From assembly GCA_965112155.1 (NCBI GenBank), contig OZ218101.1: a DNA stretch of 64,000 nt. One strand, written 5' to 3'. Below, in pieces: positions 39,234 through 50,636 of the stretch (the stretch's first letter is position 1; every line of letters starts with the position of its first letter). The position numbers and the translations under genes are program-made. The stretch is from Podarcis liolepis (taxonomy: Eukaryota). Under the pieces are notes generated by a model. The model was not told where the DNA came from, did not search any database, and saw only the letters and a list, made by a program, of their open reading frames with translations.

Positions 39234-40622
39234 GTTTCATATATTTTGGATGCTAGAATCCTTTTTATTGCCATTCCTTATTGTAAAGGCTAATGTTTGT
39301 AGTTAGCTACTTTAGAGCTGTGGCATCCTCACCACCAAACCTATTTGAGGCTGTGTAAGAGAGTGACCTATCCCTGAGCCCACCCTCACCACAGCTGCAG
39401 CCAGAACAGAGTGGAAGGGGCAGCCAAAATGTGTCTGAAAGGCAATTTGAATACATTCTGTTTTGCTTCTCAGAGGGGAGAAGCAGATGGAGAGTGTTGG
39501 GCACCAGAGATAGTCTTTCTAAGCCACCTAAGCAAGAAAGGCAGCTGAGAGCCCCAGAAAGCTAGAGAGTAGGAAGGCATGGAGACTGAGCCCCATGGAG
39601 AGAGAGACCAAGAGGATAAGCTGCTGGGGGAGGCAAAAGTGGAAGTAACCTAGGAGTGAAGTAACTCCTTTTCTCTGCCCCCCTTTAAAGAGGGTGTGCT
39701 TTGTTGTTGTTTTTTGTCTCAGTTTGCCCTCTAGGGGTTACTGACAGAAGTGCTTGTTAACTCATAAACTCTTATAGCTAAAGGATGTTTTCGTATTAAA
39801 TTGCTCTTACGCATGTTACATAGCTCTTGCCCTGGGCTCTCTCTGTAATACAGTATAGCCATACTGGTTTCATTTCCCAACTGCGCTCCTATAATAAGTC
39901 ATCCTTGTCATACCTTTCGCTGCTCAGTCTTTCACAAAATGACCACATAGGCGACCAAGAGTTGGTGATTCCACTTGGACTCACCAGTTGGGAGAAAAAT
40001 CCCAGGTGTATAAAATGTTGTCCTCTGCCCAAGTGATGTTACCTTAATTTGCTTTCAGAATAAAATATAACTTGGAATTTCTGCTAGCCGTAGTCCTTGA
40101 TGAGAAAACAATGGCCCGTTGTTGAGAGTAGCAATTGATATTTATAAGCATTATATAATTTGTAGGATGGTAACAGAATTGCCACCTATGAAATGTATCT
40201 AGTGTATGAATGCTGATTGTAAAACATAGTTAATGTTCAGCAGTTTGTCCTAATGAATCACTGTGTTAGCATCTGGCTCTAAAAGTCAAACCAAAAATGG
40301 GTTTAAACTGATAGATTTCTGAAAAGAAGTATGATGTTTGACTCAGTGCAGACCCGTTTAAATTAATGAACATACTAAGTTAGGTATATTGATTTCAATG
40401 GGTATCCTCTGAGGAAAACTTTATTGATTACCACCCTATGTCTGCCCCAGTCCTCAGCACATACAAGGTAATTTTTGATTCATCATAATTTATACAAACC
40501 TCTTTAAAAATCTTGGCACACCTTAACATCTATGGGTCCTCGTTAAAATTATGAGGTCTGGTCCTCTAGCTTTGCTCTTATTGTGGTGTCTTTGGTTGAA
40601 TGGCTTTTAATGCACCTTGCAG

Positions 40623-40769
40623 GTGGCCGCTCGCACAGGCGAATCTGGTGTCAGGAGAAGAACACAGGTGATGTCGAGATCAGCAAGCAAACGGAGAAGC
40701 CGTTTCTCTTCCCTTTGGGGTTTGGACACCACTTCAAAGAAAAAGCAAGGGAGACCAAGCATTAATCAG
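40623..40769 (+). CDS. TIAM1: TIAM1 coding exon 6 (Ex/basic region)
   Basis: VAARTGESGVRRRTQVMSRSASKRRSRFSSLWGLDTTSKKKQGRPSINQ. ttgcag| and CAG|gtagcc; 147 nt. Confidence 0.96.
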
Positions 40770-41356
40770 GTAGCCTACCTCTTGAGAGAAAAAATTGCAA
40801 ACTTCTTGGTTGGATCCTGAGCTCCAACCTGTTTTGGGGGATCTGATAAAATTTTTCTACAATCTCTGAACTTTGCATTTCCACAAATACAGGAATGAAG
40901 TGTGGCAGATCTTGGTAAGCATCTTCCTTTGGTTTCCCACACAGGGTGTTTGGGGTGGTGATGAGATCGGCACTAGTTGGAGTTACCGCTTCATAAATTG
41001 TTGGAAGTATTGCTAGAATTTCACCACAGCTTATGAGCTGTTTCTTAAGTGCACTTTTCTGGCCTTGCATTTCTCCACTTTCCATTTGATCTGATTCCCC
41101 ACACATCCCTGAATGGGTCTCAGTAGGTCGCTGTTTAGATGGGGCAACCACCCTTGTTGGATTAGACCAGACAGCCATTTGCATTTGGCTATTTTCCTAG
41201 CCAGGAAGGAATTTTATCCAATTTTAATTTGAGATGATAATTTCCTCCCTTGAAACACTTATTCATTTGTCCCAGTAACATGAGATCTTTCCAAATTTAG
41301 AAAGCATTTGCATCATCCTATTGTAATTTAAAATAGCACGTTCTGTGCCTCTGCAG

Positions 41357-41431
41357 GTGTTTGGTGAAGGAGCTGATTCTGTAAAGAAATCTTTAGAAGG
41401 AATATTTGATGACACTGTTCAAGAAAGCAAG
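41357..41431 (+). CDS. TIAM1: TIAM1 coding exon 7
   Basis: VFGEGADSVKKSLEGIFDDTVQESK. ctgcag| and AAG|gtaaaa; 75 nt, phase 0-0. Confidence 0.93.
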
Positions 41432-41664
41432 GTAAAAAGAAGAAGAAGAAGAAGATTTTATTAATTTACACAAAGGAGTCCAATTAGCTTGTGAATCTGT
41501 TTTTAGAATGAAGCCCACTCCTTTAGGACAAAGTAAAAGTACTGAAGGGAAGAGCGAGTCATGCAGCAGCTCAGCTCTGCCAGATGTCAGCCTGTTTGAA
41601 ACATGGCCAAGCAATGAGGTAGAGGGAGCTTGGCACTGCTCAGCTCCAAAGTGTGCTGCAGAGG

Positions 41665-41785
41665 GCCAGTGGCCCTCCAGATGTTGTTGGACTATAACTC
41701 TCATCCCTGATCATTGGCTATGCCAGCTGGGGCCGATGGGAGTTGGAGTCCAGCAACATCTGGAGGATCACAGGTTCCCCACCCT
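41665..41785. mobile_element. ~130-bp foldback hAT-like MITE
   Basis: gtggccctccagatgttgttggactataactc...gagttggagtccagcaacatctggaggatcacaggttcccc. Confidence 0.78.
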
Positions 41786-43265
41786 AAAAAACAAAACAAA
41801 TACTCAGCCTCCCAGTTTCCAGAAGGGATTTTCAGAGAGTTTCATTTGGTTTGTGAAATTAAAGTTCTTTTTTCAGGGGTTCAAGAAAAAACTGAGGAGG
41901 AATTACAGGGCTGTGTTTACTGTGTTCAAAGCTCTGTAGAGCTGAAGTAGCCATTGGGGGGAAATGGCTTTAGCTGAATATACTGGGATAATACTTACCT
42001 CTTATATGGATCCCACCTTATGGTCACTAAGATTATAATTGTAATTGCTTATTTGCCTGGAGAACCAGGCATGCAGTGGTTCCTGATATTCCTTGACACC
42101 TTGCCACAACTGTTCTCCATATTTGCCCTCTCAAGGTTTGAGCAGCCCTTTCTTCAGGGTAAGGCCTCTTCCTGCATTCAGCAATTCCCCAGGCCCCCAA
42201 ACGTGGCTTTGCTCTTAATTCTGCCAAGCATAGTCTGTCCTTTTCCTCTGAAGAGGTGTTAGATTTTCATGAGGTCAAAAATACTTTGGCAACACTATGC
42301 ATTTCGCCACCGCCGCAAAACAATTTTGTACATGGCGAAACCTCACATTGCTTCCATATCACAAATAATAACAATGCGCAGGCAACGTGATATGTAAAGA
42401 CAGGGATTGAACATTTCACTTTTATGTGGAAAATGACTTCACAGAGACCACTGCTAATCTGGGTTGATGAGGACATATAAACACACCGTTCTCTGTGTTT
42501 GATCAATGTCTACACTGTAGAGAGACTTCTGCTCTGCCAATTACAGCCCTACCCTGTAACTCCCTAAAGAATACTGAGATGAAGCACCATTAAGTCTGGG
42601 CTAGGGGGCATATTTTTAATCGAGCAAATGGGGATGTGATTGCATTTAAAACTAATGAGAATTCCATACATCTGTCACTTGCTTGGAATTATATTCCTCA
42701 GGGGTCCATCTTAAACCTACAAAATAATAATAATGATAAAAAAATTAAATGCATGCAGCAGGTTGCCACTGGACAGTTCAACCAAACCCACAATGACTTT
42801 CTCACCTGCAACTCTTTCTGTTGTGAATAGTGTGAATAGTGGTGTCTCTTCTTAGATTTATTTATCCTCTTGGTTTTTGTGTGTGCGTACATTCCCCCCT
42901 GGTCCCAAGTCCAATGTATTCCAGGCGTTTTTTGCAAGCACGCTTCCCCCTTGACTCTGCTATTGCATGTGCAATAAGGATGCAGGCATCAAATAATTGT
43001 CCTTTACCAGAGTGGATAGACGTCAAAGAAGAAGAAAGGGAGTTGGCAACTTGGAGGCCAGCTGACAATCCTCTGGGGGTTGAATTTTAATTGGTTGCCT
43101 TCAGGGAAGCCAGCTCCCTACCCGTAATATAGTGCTTTAATTTTGTTTTTTAGTTTGATAGAAAACAAAGGCATACTTTATGGCCCTATATTTATGTTTA
43201 ACTGGCAAATGAATCAGTTGTATTTGAGCAGAATCATGTTAATAACTGTGTGAATTTCTATTCAG

Positions 43266-43436
43266 AGAGAAAAAGAAGTGGCGCTCACCACAGTCCACCC
43301 ACATAATCCTGATTCTGACATCTGGGTTCATGAGTATTTTACACCATCCTGGTACTGCCTGCCAAATAACCAGTCTGCTCTGACGGTAGTCCACCCGGGG
43401 GACACAACACGGGATGTCCTGGAAATGATTTGTAAG
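43266..43436 (+). CDS. TIAM1: TIAM1 coding exon 8 (start of Ras-binding domain)
   Basis: REKEVALTTVHPHNPDSDIWVHEYFTPSWYCLPNNQSALTVVHPGDTTRDVLEMICK. ttcag| and AAG|gtaaaa; 171 nt. Confidence 0.95.
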
Positions 43437-44572
43437 GTAAAAAAAGAAATATAGGAAACAGATTTTTGAATTTTCTATGATTATTTGAAATTGTGATTAT
43501 AGTCATTTTACTCCCCTCCCCCCTCCCAGTTTCAGAGTGTTCCAACTATAATGAGCTGTCCTGTAGTTTAATTTTACCAAAAACTAGATGGATTTCCCAC
43601 ATTTGAATGATCTGCAATCTGTGACAACCATATGTGTATGGAAATGTTTGTCATTTCACATCCCAAAAACCATTCTGACATTCTCACTCCTTATGGAAGA
43701 TTTAAATTTTAAGGTTTACCTTTTTATTTTATTTTGGCTTCTTAGCATTTATTTGTAGCTTGTGCCTATATTCTCCTATGCTATTATCATTTCAGCACAA
43801 GTTTTAATAGAATTATATATGTATTACACACACACACACACACAATTGTGAGTTTGGTTAAAATTAAGATGTTCAAAATCCAAGATAGTGATGTTCCAGT
43901 GCAGAGGTCTGTAAATGTTTCAGTCATACTCTTTTCCACGCGTGCTGAGCTGTTCCTTCCATTTAAGTAATGGTGGAAGCTTTACACAAACGGGAGCTTA
44001 TTGTCTGTACTAGAGCTCTTTCATGCTGAATCATTTTTATTTTGTATTAATGTATAACTTTGAGGTTTTATACACCTTCTTGCTGAGTATTCCTGTCACC
44101 CGTGGTACCTGAACTTAATGCTGTTATCCACTGGAAAAGTGAGTGAGCTCTGTTGAAATGAATTTTCTCCTGAGCTTTTTGGTCTAAATTTTAAATTTAT
44201 TTTTATTCACATTTGAATGATGAAATTTGCACCAGTTCCCTTCCAGTGTGCTTCCATTGATTATATTTGTATATTCAGCAAAACATTTTTCTGTCATTCA
44301 GTTAAGTATGTTCTATTACTTTTTCATGTGATTCACCTATTTTTCATCTGTATCTTCTCTATCAGTTTCCACGCTAAGCAATAAAACTTTTCAACTTCAC
44401 TCTTTTTTAATTAAAGTTTGGTATTCGGTTAAACTAAGAAAGATGTTGACAGAACTCAGCTGTGCTGTGAGTGTGATATATGCACCTCATTGCATTATAA
44501 TCAGCACAAGAATTCATATACTTTTAGATTCTCAGGTGTATTTTTTAGGATTAATGACTTATCCATCTATAC

Positions 44573-44899
44573 CAGGGGTCAGCAACCTTTTTCAGCTGTT
44601 GGCTGGTCCACCATCCCTCAGACCATGTGGTGGGCCGGACTATATTTTGAAGAAGAAGAAAAAAATGAACGAATTCCTATGCCCCACAAATAACCCAGAG
44701 ATGCATTTTAAATAAAAGGACACATTCTACTCATGTAAAAACACCAGGCAGGCCCCACAAATAACCCAGAGATGCCTTTTAAATAAAAGGACACATTCTA
44801 CTCATGTAAAAACATGCTGATTCCCAGACCGTCCGCGGGCCGGATTGAGAAGGCCTGTGGGCTACATCCGGCCCATGGGCCTTAGGCTGCCTACCCCTG
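44573..44899. mobile_element. hAT (Charlie-type) MITE with perfect 8-bp TSD and internal tandem duplication
   Basis: TSD atctatac at 44565-44572 and 44900-44907; TIRs caggggtcagcaacc / ggctgcctacccctg; 63-bp block repeated at 44681 and 44752. Confidence 0.9.
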
Positions 44900-45193
44900 A
44901 TCTATACAAACATGGAAATGGGTCTTGAATCTGCATACAAGTAGCATTTGAAATTTCCTCTAGTACTGTGACACATTCTCTCTCTTCACACTTAGATTAG
45001 CCATGAAAGGTTGTATCATAGTAAATATTAGTGGGATTGTTTGTCTGCTGACTGTCACAATTTGTGAATTGTTAGTTTGGGAAAAAAAGGAGAAGGAATT
45101 TTCAGATAAAGATAACTGTTAGCTGGGTTGCAACAAATTTAACTAATCTGTTTTCTGAGTTGTAGTGTTGGATTCTTTTAAGTATGGGACAAA

Positions 45194-45379
45194 GGGATGC
45201 GGGTGGCGCTCTGGTCTAAACCACTGAGCCTCTTCGGCTTGCCAATCAGAAGGTCGGCAGTTCGAATCCCCGTGACAGGGTGAGCTTCCATTGCTCTGTC
45301 CCAGCTCCTGCCAACCTAGCAGTTTGAAAGCATACCAGTGCAAACAGATAAATAGGTACTACTGTGGCGGGAAGGTAAA
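45194..45379 (+). mobile_element. Sauria SINE, 3'-truncated
   Basis: gggatgcgggtggcgctctggtctaaaccactgagcc (A box)...cagttcgaatccc (B box)...agataaataggtac...gggaaggtaaa. Confidence 0.88.
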
Positions 45380-46304
45380 TATAAGTCCATCCCTTGTAAC
45401 ATCCACTAACCAACTAAACTGAAACCCTTAAAGCAATTTGTTTAACACTTTGAATCTTTCATATTCAAATGATGCCTTCAGAAACATAACTTTATGACTT
45501 TTAAAGAAAAGCCCAGTGTTGCACAGAAGGTATGAAGAAAAGCATTTATTATGGGTAATTATATATTGTATTCACTGGCAAATGAATTTCTGGAGAGTAC
45601 TGACGCTCTCAGTGAGAAATGTCTCATTGTAACCAAAGGCAGATGACACTTTCAAAAAAAGACACAATAGGCAACAATTATAAAATGTTCTTAGCAATCA
45701 TTTTATTTTTAGAACTTTTACATAAGCAGTAAGCCAGATTCTCAGCCAACAGATACGGACTGCTCTTTTCCCTATACTTTACATTTTGTGAAGATAAATT
45801 CCTAAGCCCATGTTCTACTTCTTTTTAGGCTTTGGAGCCACAAACCTATTGGGCCACAGTTGGAACTGTATTAATATCAAGTCCACTGGGCTAAACTGAT
45901 CTGTAGTTCAAGATGTGAATCTGCTTCTTTCCGTACCAAATTATCAGCTTAGGGAAATACTTATGGTTGCATTCTTTCCTGTAACATCTAATAATAAATC
46001 TCTCTCTTCTGTCTCTTGTATTCAGCTCATTCTTTTTCCTTTAATTCTCTGATCCACATCATTTCACATCAGTTTGCCACCTGCCATCTGAGAACCAGTC
46101 GAGTTCTGGTATAGTAACCATTTCATGTGAACTCCTTCATGCCCTAGATTGTGTTGTTAAGATTCCCCATGTTGTAAATCTTCCCTTGACGGTGGGAACC
46201 CAAGGGTTTCAAATGCTAGATTGAATAGATGCCCAGGATTATTGTCCTACTATAACTGTGTTGATTGTCTGGGTCATGTGCTGTGTATTGAGCATTGGGC
46301 TGGT

Positions 46305-46968
46305 GGGACAAAGGTAGCTCAGTGGTAGAACCTGTGCTTTACAGTGGAACCTCTGCGGACATAATCTGTTCTGGAGGTCCATCTGCTGGTCGAAACGGGA
46401 CACTAGAAGAGGCGTCTTGTACGCTTGCACATTCGGCAGTAGTGCGCTTCTGCGCAGACACCAGAAGCTGCTTCTGCGCATGCACGAATCACAGCAAACC
46501 TGGTGTTTACTTCCGGGTTTGCTGTGGATGCAACTTGGAACATCCGTGAGACAAGGTGTATGTAAGTTGAGGTTCCATTGTATATAAAAGAGGTGAACCT
46601 CAGAACCAGAGGGTCAAATCTTGCCCCGTCAGACCTTTCAGTCTGGCCCTCTCCCCAGCTGTATCTCCTCTCCAGCCCTGGATGGACGATAGAGAGGGGC
46701 ATGTGTAGAAACCACTACACTGTACAAAGTTAACATTCACATGCTCTGCCCATTTTTGTCTCTGGCTGCCGGAAGGTTGCCAGAAGGGAATGCAGCCATC
46801 AGACTGAAAACAGTTCCCAATTTTTGCTGGGTTTGATACCGGGCACCTCCAGTTTTTGCTGAGAAAGTTTGAAACATGAAAGAAGCCACTGCCAGTCACT
46901 AAAGAGACAAACACAGAGCTATATGGTCAGTGGTCTGACTTGACATAGAGCAATTTCCTATGTTCCTA
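46305..46968 (+). mobile_element. Squam3-like SINE interrupted by two DNA-transposon MITEs
   Basis: Head gtagctcagtggtagaac at about 46313; remainder ggtttgataccgggcacctccag...ctgccagtca...ggtctgact...ttcctatgttccta at about 46828-46968. Confidence 0.7.
46342..46580. mobile_element. Tigger/Tc1-type MITE with TA TSD
   Basis: ta|cagtggaacctc...gaggttccattg|ta. Confidence 0.85.
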
Positions 46969-48220
46969 TTTGGGGAATCTCTAATAATGAACTTGCTGTT
47001 TTCAAAACTAAGGAAGTTTATTGTAGGGTTCCAGAGATGATGTTGATGATGATGATAGGCATAGCAACCAACCTTTTCTTGGAGGTCTCCCTTATTCTGA
47101 GAGAGCTATGGCTTTCCCCACAAGAAAGTAAATAGTTTAGAAATTGCTGTGCATCAGCATATAGCCCTCGGTATGTGTGGTTAGCCTGGTGCTGCCTGGG
47201 ACACTAGTCCCTGTAGGTTCTCTTAACATGTCGGAGTAAATCTCGCTGACATGCCTTTCAGTCACCGCTTCTCCTGACAGCTCTAAAGCTGAATGAGCTG
47301 TGGAATGTACATGAGGTTTTTGCTGATTGCTGACTGACAGAAAGAGGCTGTCGGAAGGAGGCTAGTGGGTCATTGGTTCCATTCACGTGGTTTTGTTTGC
47401 CTGTTCTTGTGCTGCCTTGTCAAGTTTCATTTCTGAACGTTTCTCAAGCGGCAGGCTTTCCCAAGTCTTTTTGTTCGCTGATACGCAGCTGACTTGCCTT
47501 CCAATTCCATCAACGCTGAAAACGGTTCAAATTCAGTTGGGTTTATTGGGGGAGGGCGGGAAGGAAGGGGATGCCTGAAAATGAAAAACAACCTAGAGCT
47601 TTTTGACTCGGTCAAAAACTGCGCTAATAGGCAAGGAGAAATGCTGTCTTCACAACAGATTTGGAGGCAGTAGGCCACATTGGGACTGATGTTAACTCAG
47701 TGTCATATGAAATAGCTGATGTGGCTCCAATTAGAATTTGCTACAGGCCTGAGGCAAGTAATGATTGCCCTCAGGTGTGTAGATGAATGGCAGCACTCAT
47801 TTGCCCTCCCTTCCCACCTAGATGCTGTTATGTTATTTCCCCAAAGGCCAGAGTATTGGAGAACTAGTGGGGTTTTAATTTTGAAAGAGATGTAGCCTTG
47901 CTACTTCTGCCACCAGCCTTGGGAAGAAACATTCCAGTCCTTCTGTCAGCCTTTCAATACAGGAGGGGAAGCTGGGTTGGCTTTCTGTTCCACACTGAAC
48001 TTTTCCTTGCACTACTTTCCTTTTACCTACTGTGGAAAAGAGTTGTGGTTGTGTCTGAATACTTAGCTTCAGTGGGCCAGAAGCGGCAGCTGTTTGTTCA
48101 AAGGTAGGGATAGTATGGTAGTAGTGGGACAGCCAGACATTCATTACCTTTCAGGCAGATGTGGGCCCGTTCTGCGGGCCGTTTTTTGTTTGTTAACGGA
48201 TCTTCTGTTAATTGTGAGGA

Positions 48221-48283
48221 GAATCAAAGAATCATAGACTTGGAAGGGGCCCAAGGGTCATCTAGTCCAACCCCTGCAATGCT
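48221..48283 (-). mobile_element. CR1 3' terminal fragment
   Basis: gaatcaaagaatcatagacttggaagggg...ggtcatctagtccaacccc is the reverse complement of a CR1 tail (attct repeats). Confidence 0.7.
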
Positions 48284-48997
48284 GAAGCTGCACTTGTTTG
48301 ACTTTGCTTTAGGATTCCTCAACTGCTTCAGATTTCTGAAGTAATTCTAAAATGGCATATATAAATTCCACTTGTTGGGAATAGGGAATAAGAAGGTGGA
48401 AGTGCAAATGCCATAACATCCAGCTAACGATAACTAACTCTTTTTTAAAAAAATAATAATGAGAGAATCTGGTAAACACATTCATGGTTATCTGTTTTGG
48501 GATAATATTATGTAATGCCTGGAATTTTAGGAGCCCTTTATCATTCAAAATTAGCAAGTATTTGATAACGTGATGGCAAACTGAGATGGTGAGATTCAGA
48601 AAGCAGCACCCCTGGTCTCCTACTGTATATGTCAGATTTTAGGAGCAAGCCGTTTCCTTTTCCTATGATACAATTAACTTCTTATCTACGCCAGCAGTAT
48701 TTTCATCCACACTGTAGGTGAGCAGAGCTGGACTTCAGCAGGGCTTCCCACTCAGAGGAATGCTGTTAGCTTTGCAATATCAAGACGGGGATAAGCGAGC
48801 ATTTCTTTTCTGAGTGGCAAATAAAGAATTATTCCGGGGTTGTTTAGACAGTATCTTTATAAAACATCCTTTTAAGCAAAAAGACCTTCCCTTCATTTTA
48901 CAGGAACATCTTTCACGAAAAGAAAATGGTTACTTGTGCTCTTATCTATATCTTGCAGTAACCTTCTCTCCCCCCTCCCTCCCCCCCCCCCCTTCAG

Positions 48998-49102
48998 GCA
49001 CATCAGCTGGATTACTCAGCTCACTATCTACGTCTTAAGTTCCTGACAGGAAACCAAATGCAATCCTACATACCAAAGCCAGAAGAGGATATTTATGAAT
49101 TG
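48998..49102 (+). CDS. TIAM1: TIAM1 coding exon 9 (RBD)
   Basis: AHQLDYSAHYLRLKFLTGNQMQSYIPKPEEDIYEL. cttcag| and TTG|gtaatg; 105 nt. Confidence 0.95.
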
Positions 49103-49284
49103 GTAATGCTCACCCTTCAATAATAATTCTGTGCAACGTTTCTTGTGAGAAAAAGACTCTTGTTGTAGTGCTTGGTCTTTTTTGGTAATTAATTGCAAGC
49201 TATTGATACTCATAAATATCAGTAACTTTAAACTAGTAGCACAAGATAATTTACTTGTGTGGCGGAACAAAAGATATTGATTCT

Positions 49285-49465
49285 GATATTATTGTTGTTA
49301 TTGTTACACTTGAATTCTACCCTTCAAGGAGCACACAGAGGTATAAATGCTCCTCCCCTCTTCACAACAACCCTGTGGGGTAGTTTTGAGACTGGCCCAA
49401 GGCCTTAAGGCTGGGTGAGGATTTGAACCAAGCCCTGCTAATCCTAGTCCAACACTCTTAATTTC
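49285..49465 (-). mobile_element. Squam2/MIR-like SINE remnant
   Basis: cacaacaaccctgtgggg...gactggcccaagg...ggatttgaacc...tagtccaacactcttaa. Confidence 0.6.
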
Positions 49466-49773
49466 TATATGAGACACTAACTTTAGTAATTCACTTTTAA
49501 GCAGGGTGATAAAATTCATGGCTTATGATTGGTGTATATGGAAAGAAGGGAGGTGGGTCTACGTTTTCTCAGACAGAGGGAGCATCATTGTGAAAGCTTC
49601 CATGGATATTGAGGGGTGGTCTTTGCCAAGCAAGATGGAGAAAAGAAATGTGGATTTCTGATGCAATGAAAAAGATGGTAGATACTGACCCCCAGTGGAG
49701 ATGAATAGTAGGACGACTGGATAAAGGGGAAATTATGTGCTTTTATTTCTGAGGTTAAGGCAGCAATCTTATA

Positions 49774-50005
49774 CAGTTGTACCTTGGTTCTCAAACGCCC
49801 TGTGACTCGAACGTTTTGGCTCCCGAACGTCGCAAACTGGGAAGTGAGTGCTCCGGTTTTCAAACTTTTTCTGGGAAACTGAACGTCTGATGCAGCTTCA
49901 ATGACTTCCGATTGAGTGCAGGAAGCTGCGCCTTGGTTTTCGAACATTTTCAGAAATCGAACGAACTTCCAGAACAGATTCCGTTTGAGAACCAAGGTAC
50001 AACTG
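49774..50005. mobile_element. Tigger/Tc1-type MITE with perfect 24-bp TIRs and TA TSD
   Basis: ta|cagttgtaccttggttctcaaacg...cgtttgagaaccaaggtacaactg|ta. Confidence 0.92.
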
Positions 50006-50505
50006 TATGTGCTTGCCTTGGAGTAAGTCCCATTGAGCTCAGTGGAGCTTGCTTCTGAGGAGAAATCTAGGGTTGTGGCTGAAAATCTAAACGGCTGAAA
50101 ATGAAGCTTAACACTTCTGCAGTAATTCACTGTTGTTCTTTAGAAATGCTATGAGTATACCAGAGTATACATATGCATCTACTCTGGTTCATGCAGTTCA
50201 GCTTGCTCCTCAGTGCACACCCATCCCTTTCCCACCACCTTCTGTCAACAATGACATTGTGAACCAGTATTTAATTTAGCAGTACAATCTGCCAAGTTAT
50301 TATTTTTATTAAATTTGTATTCATCTGAAGAACACAACATAACAATACAAAATGAAAAACGCAAGATTCTCTTCACATTGCTGTGGTTCTTCTTTAGACA
50401 TCTTTGTCTTCACTCTTAATTTTAAAAGGAGACTGTGTGAAAAAATAACAACTGACAATATATGTCCTCACAACAGACTCTCACTCTCTCTTTTTGCATT
50501 TTCAG

Positions 50506-50587
50506 TTGTATAAAGAAATTGAAATCTGTGAGAAAATTACACAGCAAATTCGGATTGAAAAATCTGACACATCGTCTGATAACTATG
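50506..50587 (+). CDS. TIAM1: TIAM1 coding exon 10 (RBD end, PDZ start)
   Basis: LYKEIEICEKITQQIRIEKSDTSSDNY(G). tttcag| and ATG|gtgagt; 82 nt. Confidence 0.95.
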
Positions 50588-50597
50588 GTGAGTTTGA

Positions 50598-50598
<1 letters not shown>

Positions 50599-50631
<33 letters not shown>
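50599..50631. repeat. (AC)16 microsatellite directly after the exon 10 donor
   Basis: Read directly. Confidence 0.95.

Positions 50632-50636
<5 letters not shown>

Noticed and set aside
38950-39240. Poly-Asn ORF, and similar poly-HT/CV ORFs at 50422-50806
   Set aside because: They are translations of microsatellites.
39354-39746. Purine-rich TG...CA segment suggesting a solo LTR (similar segment at about 21920-22640)
   Set aside because: No target-site duplication, primer-binding site or second copy could be shown; boundaries are unsupported.
44681-44814. Direct repeats resembling a repeat-spacer array
   Set aside because: Only two copies, inside a hAT MITE; a simple tandem duplication.
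45194-45270. tRNA-like A and B boxes (also at about 46313 and 37840-37884)
   Set aside because: They are SINE heads that continue into SINE bodies; no complete cloverleaf.
49585-50130. 181-aa minus-strand ORF
   Set aside because: It runs through a Tigger-type MITE and a foldback repeat and has no recognisable domain; likely a chance open frame.
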